Source: Tubulanus polymorphus (taxonomy: Eukaryota; Animalia; Nemertea). From it: 64,000 nucleotides of DNA. Positions 13,052 to 25,000 of this stretch are shown one piece after another; within the stretch, counting starts at the first letter, position 1, and each line of letters begins with the position of its first letter. Location of the stretch: assembly GCF_964204645.1 (NCBI RefSeq), contig NC_134030.1:21598210-21662209 (forward strand). The letters are read 5' to 3'. The translations under genes and the position numbers were made by a program. The notes beneath the pieces were generated by a model that was not told the origin of the DNA, made no database searches, and was given only the letters and a program-made list of their open reading frames with translations.

Positions 13052-16000
13052 ATGGTGTATTGGTGTTGTCGGCCTGGGCCGCATTGGTTACCGTTTTTAG
13101 TGGCTGTCGGTACGCCGTTAACTTTCGTAATCACGTAAGTTTTATACGGGTCAACATTCACGAAACTGGGTCACGATTTGTGCAACTTTCATGAAACGTG
13201 ATTTTCGCAAATAGCAAGAATTGGTGAAATCAAATATCCATTCAAATTTCGTGAAATTTCATACTTAGCCCTTTCATTGCTGACTGTTTTAGACTGAAGT
13301 GCGGGAAGTTTTTTTGGAAAACTCCATCCCAGTGCAGTGTATTACAGGCATACTGCTGTATTGTGTCTGTCCTGCAGTGCGGTGTATTACAGGCATACTG
13401 CTGTATTGTGTCTGTCCTGCAGTGCAGTGTATTACTGGCACACTGCTGTATTGTGTCTGTCCTGCAGTGCGGTGTATAACATGCATACCTACCCGTAGTG
13501 CAGTGTATCATTGGTTGACAATGTTTGACAATAGTAGCTGCCATCTTCCGATATGCATTTCAAATGATAGATAATTTTGTAGACACTTCGCACTGCAAGG
13601 TGGGCAAAACACGGGTCGATTATACACCGCATAGCGGGGTATGCCGATGAAAGGATTAGATTCAGTTCTAAGCTGAAGATTTTCTTATTATATTCAGTTA
13701 CGTGATTTCTGTATTAAATGGCCACGTAGAGGCGGGATTTCCGTACATAAGGTACGTCAATCAATAACAGCAAAAATTCGAATTTTTGATAACAGAAATT
13801 TTTGCCAAATTCATTCAGACGTATTTAGTGAATTTGTTGATCTGAATTTTTCAGCGACACTGGAACAAATTCTCCGGAAAGTTGTATATTCGGTCAATTA
13901 CTGAACATTAATGCAGTTTTAGGTACGTGAACAATATTTCAAACCCTGAAATGAAGATAGATTTCTAAAGAAAACTGATCATCCACACATTCTTAACATG
14001 TGTTCAGTGCTTCATCTGAGATATTTTTAATTGAAAATGAACTACAAACACCAGATATTAGACATTTTATCAGCACACTTTCAAAAACTGATCGTCCACA
14101 CTTCACATGTGTTCAGTGCTTCACCTGAGACATTTTTAATTGAAAATGAACTACAAACACCTGACATTAGACATTTCAGCACACTTTCAAAAACTGATCG
14201 TCCACACTTCACATGTGTTCAGTGCTTCACCTGAGACATTTTTAATTGAAAATGAACTACAAACACCAGATATTAGACATTTTATCAGCACACTTTCAAA
14301 AACTGATCGTCCACACTTCACATGTGTTCAGTGCTTCACCTGAGACATTTTTAATTGAAAATGAAATACAAACACCAGACATTAGACATTTTATCAGCTC
14401 ACTTTTTCGGCTACAAATGATATTTGATTTCAAATTTGACTTTGTTTCTCACAGTTGGAATTGTGGTGTATATTCGTTACAAACAGATTATCGCTTACTA
14501 TCGAAACGAGGCAATCGTACAGCTTTACATTCTCAAACTGAACAAGGCGTCGTTGATCATCGGAATACTGGCAGGACTCGGACTGAGCGTGGTTGCTAAC
14601 TTCCAGGTACTGTAAACTGGGTCTACGACTGTGGAACTGGATCCACAACTGGTGGAACTGTGTCCACAACTGTGGAAGTGCACGTTTGTGATATATTTGT
14701 ATTATTATTATTTCAGGAGACGAACGTTCTAGCTGTTCACCTGATTGGAGCGTTTACTGGTTTCGCGTGTGGTTGTATTTACGCGTGGATCCACGCGGTC
14801 ATCTCGTATAAAATGCAGGCGTTCGTCACTCATCGCGCCGTCTGTCATCTACGTCTGTTCCTCGCGATAGTCGTCACTTTATTCTTCGTTTTGAGTATCC
14901 TTTGTCGAAATTCGTTACGTGTTTTTCGTTTTCCCCCGTAAAGATTCCGTTAAATAATAAGATAAAAACCGACTATCTACAGATTAAAAGAATTTAAAAA
15001 CAAGAATTTATTTATTCAATCTAAAATATATAGAATACACGACGTTTCGATCTCACCCTAGAGATCATCGTCAGGTGTTACGATGATCTCTATGATGATC
15101 TCTATGACGATGATCACACCTAAAGATGATCTCTAGGGTGAGATCGAAACGTCGTGTATTCTATATATTTTAGATTGAATAAATAAATTCTTGTTTTTAA
15201 ATTCTTCTAATCTGTAAATAGTGGAATTTTATCTGATTATCCGTTCACCACGTTTCAGTGTACAGGTTATCGTTCTACTCCGTTAAACTCTCACAATTTC
15301 GATATATTTCGATATAGCGCGATATTTTAGATGTTCTTTAACCCGAACAGCGTTCACTTTCGATCCGATATCGAAATACTTGTTCCACGGAAAAAACCCG
15401 CGCAAGTGGTACCCTAAGGACGGGGTGAGTCACACTGCATGATATAACACTTCTAGAAATGCTTCAATAATGGTGGGATCTTTCGAGTTTGTTAACATTT
15501 GAATCTGCGGTTCAGTCTCGGGCCTAAGATTTTCAAGGCTGAATTGGTTATACAAAACAATGAATTTAGACTGGGCTTATATTGTTAGATTGGTTATAGC
15601 TCTGGTCTTAAGTTTTAAGATTGGCTATAGAAGCAAAATGAGCTCAGACTGGTCTTAAGTTGTTAGATTGGTAATAAAACCCAAATGAGCTTAGACTGGT
15701 CTTAAGTTGTTAGATTGGTTATAAAACTAAATTAAGCTCAGACTGGTCTTAAGTTGTTACATTGGTTATAAAACTAAATTAAGCTCAGACTGGTCTTAAG
15801 TTGTTATATCAGTTATCATACCAAAATGAGCTTAGACTGGTCTTAAGTTGTCTAAGATAAGCTCAGACTGGTCTTAAGTTGTTATATCAGTTATCATACC
15901 AAAATGAGCTTAGACTGGTCTTAAGTTGTCTAAGATAAGCTCAGACTGACTAACATCTGAATACTAGTCCTAAGAAATAAGACCACTTATGGACTTGAGC

Positions 16001-19000
16001 CACGACTGTGTGACTTGGCTTTAGTCTTAAAGTCCCGTGTATAGGTATCTAATGGTTTCTTACTCTTTCTCTCTCCTCTTTCTTACTCTTTGTTGGTTTG
16101 TGATAATCTTTGCACACCGGTTTTTGTGGTGAATGGTAGATCATCACTCAGGAGCGTACATGAATCAGACTTTAGACTGAGCCCACCTTAACCTCACCGA
16201 GCAATCATCTCATGAGATGATTGCTCGTAGCCTCAACAAAGACCTGTTGATGATTTAAACACATTCAGGCAAACCTGCTTTAACCCTTTCAGTGCGTCTA
16301 CACTGCAGTGCAGTGTATAAATCAGTGATAGATTTGCTTGTACACCGCACTATGGTGTATTGATGTCATTAGTAATTAGTTTTTATCCCTCTTGAAAAAT
16401 GGCAGCAAGTGTCAAACATAGCGAGATATAAGTAACTAATGATACACTGCACCGCGGTGTAGACGCACTATAGCCGTATTCCCGTTATTCAACACACTAG
16501 GGTGGAATTTTTCAAAATGTTCAAATTATCTCCAGCACTATAGGGTAGTAATTAGTCCGCACTGAAAGGGTTAAGACTTAGATCTTGACATACAGTGGAT
16601 TATTCATCAGTTGAATCCAGATTAAATCCAAATTAAATGATTACGATGGCTTGAAAAGATTCTCAGTCGGCTAAGCTTTAAAGTTGACCCTGTACAAGTT
16701 GACCCAGCAGCTTTAGAAATGACCTAATTCCAAATTCTATTGCCATTTACAAAATTAGTTGAAATCATCATTTTCCTAGTCTGGATACGTGTGCGCTCCT
16801 GACGTTGAGTGGAGTGGATGGTTCTGTCTTTGATTCTAACCTCCTATTTTCTTTTCCTTGACTGTAAAACTAAACGCAGCCAGTATATTCGGCATGCTAT
16901 CGATACGTTTCAAGCCAAAAACCGGAACCAAATGGTTTCCTGATAACGCGGTAAGTAAAGCAGTTTGAAGGTCGTTTTCTGAGCGCCTATAAGTCAATTG
17001 GAGAAAAAAAATGTCTCAAATGACTCCGAATCGAGTCTAAACGTCACTACTCTCTTAGTTTTTGAAAATGTCTCAAAGAATTGAGTCTAAACGTCACTAC
17101 TCTCTTAGTTTTTGAAAATGTCTCATATAATTGAGTCTAAACGTCACTACTCTCTTAGTTTTTGAAAATGTCTCAAAGAATTGAGTCTAAACGTCACTAC
17201 TCTCTTAGTTTTTGAAAATGTCTCAAAGAATTGAGTCTAAACGTCACAAATCTCTTAGTTTTCAAAATGTCTCATATAATTGAGTCTAAACGTCACTAAT
17301 CTCTTAGTTTTCAAAATGTCTCTTTGAATTGAGAAAAGAATCAAAACTAAAGGCTACTGCTCCAAACCTGTTGCTCATATCACATGATTTTTTAGTCTCA
17401 CAACACAGGTGCCCACCCTTCCAAATTTGGCTCCATTCCACAGGTCGCCAATCTGTGGCCATAAAAAAGAGTCATGAAATAAACTACAGAATAATGTTTT
17501 ATCATTCAATGAATTTTGTTTATTAATTCACACAAATTACACGATGTGGAATCAGTTTATCCGCTATGGAATCAATAATTTAACCACAGTGGAATCAGAT
17601 ATTCCCGGCCTGTTCATTGGCTTTACGCCACCATTCGTCGTAAGCCGTCTTCTTTCGACGGCTAAGAGCGAGTTCTTCAGCTGAATCATCAGCTGCAGCA
17701 GCAGTTTCAGCGTTCACCATCGACCACAAACTGATCACTAACAACATGATCGGAAGTAAACTTCTCAACATTTTCATCAGCATTGACGCTACAAATTAAT
17801 ACAATCTGTTTTATTATTGTTTAACCTCCGTGAAAGAAAGATCTTCATTCTATTTGTTGAATTAGTTTTTACAAGTTTACAGTGAAATTAGAATTATAAC
17901 TTACCGATCATTTTAACAGTTGTTTCGGCGACAAATCACAGATTTATACGAGCAATTTACGAAGCTGAAATAGGAACGAATACATCGGTGATATTTGAAC
18001 TGAATTTCAGCAGTCATAAAAATATTTAATTCATCTATAATTAATCATAGAACCTACATCTGATGCTAGTTAAACTTAACAGAATTGAATATAGAAAATA
18101 TCTAAAAAATTTTTGACAATTTGAAAATGTTAGAATTATTTCTTGTAAATTTCATTAAACCAACATCTGTTTCAGATAAAGTTAACAAATTCAAAAAAAC
18201 ATCAAATTTCTAAAATTAGAATCAAGTTTTAACAATTTTAAAATGTTGAAATTAGTTCTTGTACAATTCGTCCGTAGCAATAACTACACAATATGAGATC
18301 AATGTTGATGACTCTACGATTGATGAACTTACCTTCGAATACAAACGATTCCAAGTTGATGAAATGTTGATGAAACTGATTGGTTTATATTGACTATGTC
18401 CGCACCACCTGCCTCTCATCTCACACTGGCCGAAATTATCAAAGCAGAAATTTACAATCGATCCTTTTTTTGTCGAATCAGGAATTGAAAAAAATCCACG
18501 CGGGAAACGGAGAATGCGTGCAAAAAATCAACCGAACCATGAATTCAATAATAGATACATCCAAACTGTTACCGGAGCAGTTTTACTGAGTCCTGTTGTG
18601 ATAGAACAAAAGAGATGCGTGCAAAAAACTAAACCAACCGTACATCAAAAACATATGCCACGATTGTTCACTATTTTCATGGGCTTTGATTTGATTAATA
18701 CATGTAATTGATGAATTGATCAGGACTTTTAAAATTTTCGAAAATGTAATGTCGCAGTGAAAAAACACCATCAGCAAACCTAGAATTTCCTACCAAATCA
18801 TACGACAATTTTCACCATTTTCATTCTGGATATAAACAAACTATCGGTTATAACGTATTTCCAGCTGACCCCTGGAGCCGCAGTTGTATCAGGGAGGAGG
18901 GGGGTTAACTAAAATGAAAAACGAATTAACCCCGGGTAAAAGTTCATACCAAAAAATCTCAAGTTTTATAGACTGATATTAACTCAAACACGCGGGTTAA

Positions 19001-22000
19001 CTCAATTGAAAAAGAATTAGGTTAACCCCCGAATAAAACTTAATACCTGTCTATAATGCCAAGCGCTCTCAAGTTTTATAGACTGGTATTAACTTAAACA
19101 CGCGGGTTAACTCAATTGAAAAAGAATTAGGTTAACCCCCGAATTAAACTTAATAACTGTCTATAATGCCGAGCACTGAAGTTAACTATAAGTTCCGCTA
19201 TAAGAACAAGGCGAATCCAAAGCGGTGCGTATCCCCCCTAAAAATGTCGAGTCGCCCTGAAACTAGGGGAAAATGAAAAGTATTAAACTGACACCTGAAA
19301 AAATTTGAATTCATTCCCGCTTATTTCCCACAATCATTTAGTGTTTTCCGATGAGATTTTTCTTTTGGGGATGACCTTACAGATACCCCCTATTTGGGGG
19401 AGGGGTTGCACCCGGCCTCCTTGTATCAGAGCTTAGGTCCGCCCGTTTGTTATAATGTATAATACTGTGCATCGTATAATCGAAGAAATTGACGACAAAA
19501 TGAGATATGCTAACTGTACTGCAGCGGTTTGTTGTACGGGACCGTAAACCATGTACGGGACCGTAAACCACGTCTGGTATTCGATCAGACTAAAACTCTT
19601 TAGAAAATAAAGTTCACTATAAGATAAGCTCACACTGGTCTTTCTTAAGTGGTTAGATTAGTTATAACACTAAAATGAGGTTAGACTGGTCTTAAGTTTT
19701 CAGATCTGGGGCCACTTGCATTGGCTTTCACTTAGACAAATATAAGATCAACTTAGCCAATCTAACATCTGAATACTAGTCCTAAGAAATAAGACCACTT
19801 ATGGACTTGAGCCACGACTGTGTGACTTGGCTTTAGTCTTAAAGTCCCGTGTATAGGTATCTAATGGTTTCTTACTCTTTCTCTTTCCTCTTTCTTACTC
19901 TTTGTTGGTTTGTGATAATCTTTACACACCGGTTTTTGTGGTGAATGGTAGATCATCACTCAGGAGCGTACATGAATCAGACTTTAGACTGAGCCCACCT
20001 TAACCTCACCGAGCAATCATCTCATGAGATGATTGCTCGTAGCCTCAACAAAGACCTGTTGATGATTTTAACACATTCAGGCAAACCTGCTTTAACCCTT
20101 TCAGTGCGTCTACACTGCAGTGCAGTGTATAAATCAGTGATAGATTTGCTTGTACACCGCACTATGGTGTATTGATGTCATTAGTAATTAGTAATTATCC
20201 CTCTTGAAAAATGGCAGCACCTGTCAAACATAGTGAGATATTAGTAACTAACGATACATCGCACCACAGTGTAGACGCACTATAGTGGTATTCCCGTTAT
20301 TCAACACACTAGGGTGGAATTTTTCAAAATGTTAAAATTATCTCCAGCACTATAGGGTAGTAATTAGTCCGCACTGAAAGGGTTAAGACTTAGATCTTGA
20401 CATACAGTGGATTATTCATCAGTTGAATCCAGATTAAATCCAAATTAAATGATTACGATGGCTTGAAAAGATTCTCAGTCGGCTAAGCTTTAAAGTTGAC
20501 CCTGTACAAGTTGACCCAGCAGCTTTAGAAATGACCTAATTCCAAATTCTATTGCCATTTACAAAATTAGTTGAAATCATCATTTTCCTAGTCTGGATAC
20601 GTGTGCGCTCCTGACGTTGAGTGGAGTGGATGGTTCTGTCTTTGATTCTAACCTCCTATTTTCTTTTCCTTGACTGTAAAACTAAACGCAGCCAGTATAT
20701 TCGGCATGCTATCGATACGTTTCAAGCCAAAAACCGGAACCAAATGGTTTCCTGATAACGCGGTAAGTAAAGCAGTTTGAAGGTCGTTTTCTGAGCGCCT
20801 ATAAGTCAATTGGAGAAAAAAAATGTCTCAAATGACTCCGAATCGAGTCTAAACGTCACTACTCTCTTAGTTTTTGAAAATGTCTCAAAGAATTGAGTCT
20901 AAACGTCACTACTCTCTTAGTTTTTGAAAATGTCTCATATAATTGAGTCTAAACGTCACTACTCTCTCAGTTTTTGAAAATGTCTCAAAGAATTGAGTCT
21001 AAACGTCACTACTCTGTTAGTTTTTGAAAATGTCTCATATAATTGAGTCTAAACGTCAATACTCTCTTAGTTTTTGAAAATGTCTCATATAATTGAGTCT
21101 AAACGTCACTACTCTCTTAGTTTTTGAAAATGTCTCATAGAATTGAGTCTAAAAGTCACTACTCTCTTAGTTTTTGAAAATGTCTCAAAGAATTGAGTCT
21201 AAACGTCACTACTCTCTTAGTTTTTGAAAATGTCTCATATAATTGAGTCTAAACGTCAATACTCTCTTAGTTTTTGAAAATGTCTCATATAATTGAGTCT
21301 AAACGTCACTACTCTCTTAGTTTTTGAAAATGTCTCATATAATTGAGTCTAAACGTCACTACTCTCTTAGTTTTTGAAAATGTCTCATAGAATTCAGTCT
21401 AAACGTCACTACTCTCTTAGTTTTTGAAAATGTCTCAAAGAATTGAGTCTAAACGTCACTACTCTCTTAGTTTTTGAAAATGTCTCATATAATTGAGTCT
21501 AAACGTCAATACTCTCTTAGTTTTTGAAAATGTCTCATATAATTGAGTCTAAACGTCACTACTCTCTTAGTTTTTGAAAATGTCTCATAGAATTGAGTCT
21601 AAACGTCACTACTCTCTTAGTTTTTGAAAATGTCTCATAGAATTCAGTCTAAACGTCACTACTCTCTTAGTTTTTGAAAATGTCTCAAAGAATTGAATCT
21701 AAACGTCACTACTCTCTTAGTTTTGAAAATGTCTCATATAATTGAGTCTAAACGTCACTACTCTCTTACTTTTTGAAAATGTCTCAAAGAATTGAGTCTA
21801 AACGTCACTACTCTCTTAGTTTTGAAAATGTCTCATATAATTGAGTCTAAACGTCACTACTCTCTTAGTTTTTGAAAATGTCTCAAAGAATTGAGTCTAA
21901 ACGTCATTACTCTCTTAGTTTTTGAAAATGTCTCAAAGAATTGAGTCTAAACGTCACTACTCTCTTAGTTTTGAAAATGTCTCATATAATTGAGTCTAAA

Positions 22001-25000
22001 CGTCACTACTCTCTTAGTTTTTGAAAATGTCTCATAGAATTGAGTCTAAACGTCACTACTCTCTTAGTTTTTGAAAATGTCTCATAGAATTGAGTCTAAA
22101 CGTCACTAATCTCTTAGTTTTCAAAATGTCTCTTTGAATTGAGAAAAGAATCAAAACTAAAGGCTACTGCTCCAAACCTGTTGCTCATATCACATGATTT
22201 TTTAGTCTCACAACACAGGTGCCCACCCTTCCAAATTTGGCTCCATTCCACAGGTCGCCAATCTGTGGCCATAAAAAAGAGTCATGAAATAAACTACAGA
22301 ATAATGTTTTATCATTCAATGAATTTTGTTTATTAATTCACACAAATTACACGATGTGGAATCAGTTTATCCGCTATGGAATCAATAATTTAACCACAGT
22401 GGAATCAGATATTCCCGGCCTGTTCATTGGCTTTACGCCACCATTCGTCGTAAGCCGTCTTCTTTCGACGGCTAAGAGCGAGTTCTTCAGCTGAATCATC
22501 AGCTGCAGCAGCAGTTTCAGCGTTCACCATCGACCACAAACTGATCACTAACAACATGATCGGAAGTAAACTTCTCAACATTTTCATCAGCATTGACGCT
22601 ACAAATTAATACAATCTGTTTTATTATTGTTTAACCTTCGTGAAAGAAAAATCTTCATTCTATTTGTTGAATTAGTTTTTACAAGTTTACAGTGAAATTA
22701 GAATTATAACTTACCGATCATTTTAACAGTTGTTTCGGCGACAAATCACAGATTTATACGAGCAATTTACGAAGCTGAAATAGGAACGAATACATCGGTG
22801 ATATTTGAACTGAATTTCAGCAGTCATAAAAATATTTAATTCATCTATAATTAATCATAGAACCTACATCTGATGCTAGTTAAACTTAACAGAATTGAAT
22901 ACAGAAAATATCTAAAAATTTTTGACAATTTGAAAATGTTAGAATTATTTCTTGTAAATTTCATTAAACCAACATCTGTTTCAGATAAAGTTAACAAATT
23001 CAAAATAACATCAAATTTCTAAAATTAGAATCAAGTTTTAACAATTTCAAAATGTTGAAATTAGTTCTTGTACAATTCGTCCGTAGCAATAACTACACAA
23101 TATGAGATCAATGTTGATGACTCTACGATTGATGAACTTACCTTCGAATACAAACGATTCCAAGTTGATGAAATGTTGATGAAACTGATTGGTTTATATT
23201 GACTATGTCCGCACCACCTGCCTCTCATCTCACACTGGGTGAAATTATCAAAGCAGAAATTTACAATCGATCCTTTTTTTGTGGAATCAGGAATTGAAAA
23301 AAATCCACGCGGGAAACGGAGAATGCGTGCAAAAAATCAACCGAACCATGAATTCAATAATAGATACATCCAAACTGTTACCGGAGCAGTTTTACTGAGT
23401 CCTGTTGTGATAGAACAAAAGAGATGCGTGCAAAAAACTAAACCAACCGTACATCAAAAACATATGCCACGATTGTTCACTATTTTCATGGGCTTTGATT
23501 TGATTAATACATGTAATTGATGAATTGATCAGGACTTTTAAAATTTTCGAAAATGTAATGTCGCAGTGAAAAAACACCATCAGCAAACCTAGAATTTCCT
23601 ACCAAATCATACGACAATTTTCACCATTTTCATTCTGGATATAAACAAACTATCGGTTATAACGTATTTCCAGCTGACCCCTGGAGCCGCAGTTGTATCA
23701 GGGAGGAGGAGGGGGGGGGGTTAACTAAAATGAAAAACGAATTAACCCCGGGTAAAAGTTCATACCAAAAAATCTCAAGTTTTATAGACTGATATTAACT
23801 CAAACACGCGGGTTAACTCAATTGAAAAAGAATTAGGTTAACCCCCGAATAAAACTTAATATCTGTCTATAATGCCAAGCGCTCTCAAGTTTTATAGACT
23901 GATATTAACTCAAACACGCGGGTTAACTCAATTGAAAAAGAATTAGGTTAACCCCCGAATAAAACTTAATACCTGTCTATAATGCCAAGCGCTCTCAAGT
24001 TTTATAGACTGGTATTAACTTAAACACGCGGGTTAACTCAATTGAAAAAGAATTAGGTTAACCCCCGAATTAAACTTAATAACTGTCTATAATGCCGAGC
24101 ACTGAAGTTAACTATAAGTTCCGCTATAAGAACAAGGCGAATCCAAAGCGGTGCGTATCCCCCCTAAAAATGTCGAGTCGCCCTGAAACTAGGGGAAAAT
24201 GAAAAGTATTAAACTGACACCTGAAAAAATTTGAATTCATTCCCGCTTATTTCCCACAATCATTTAGTGTTTTCCGATGAGATTTTTCTTTTGGGGATGA
24301 CCTTACAGATACCCCCTATTTGGGGGAGGGGTTGCACCCGGCCTCCTTGTATCAGAGCTTAGGTCCGCCCGTTTGTTATAATGTATAATACTGTGCATCG
24401 TATAATCGAAGAAATTGACGACAAAATGAGATATGCTAACTGTACTGCAGCGGTTTGTTGTACGGGACCGTAAACCATGTACGGGACCGTAAACCACGTC
24501 TGGTATTCGATCAGACTAAAACTCTTTAGAAAATAAAGTTCACTATAAGATAAGCTCACACTGGTCTTTCTTAAGTGGTTAGATTAGTTATAACACTAAA
24601 ATGAGGTTAGACTGGTCTTAAGTTTTCAGATCTGGGGCCACTTGCATTGGCTTTCACTTAGACAAATATAAGATCAACTTAGCCAATCTAACATCTGAAT
24701 ACTAGTCCTAAGAAATAAGACCACTTATGGACTTGAGCCACGACTGTGTGACTTGGCTTTAGTCTTAAAGTCCCGTGTATAGGTATCTAATGGTTTCTTA
24801 CTCTTTCTCTTTCCTCTTTCTTACTCTTTGTTGGTTTGTGATAATCTTTACACACCGGTTTTTGTGGTGAATGGTAGATCATCACTCAGGAGCGTACATG
24901 AATCAGACTTTAGACTGAGCCCACCTTAACCTCACCGAGCAATCATCTCATGAGATGATTGCTCGTAGCCTCAACAAAGACCTGTTGATGATTTAAACAC

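Larger units (their letters stand above)
14895..15350 (+). other. U12-type (minor spliceosome) GT-AG intron of the DRAM gene
   Basis: 5' splice site GTATCCTTT; branch site TTCTTTAAC at 15334-15342 just upstream of AG at 15349-15350; no polypyrimidine tract; splicing restores frame. Confidence 0.9.

Noticed and set aside
17329-19633. Other short ORFs recurring in each unit (65, 93, 64, 66 aa)
   Set aside because: They recur only because the DNA is duplicated; mostly TTG/GTG starts, no splice or poly(A) support, and some are broken in individual units
20845-22140. 50-bp arrays as CRISPR
   Set aside because: No unique spacers; contiguous monomers in a eukaryotic intron; no cas genes
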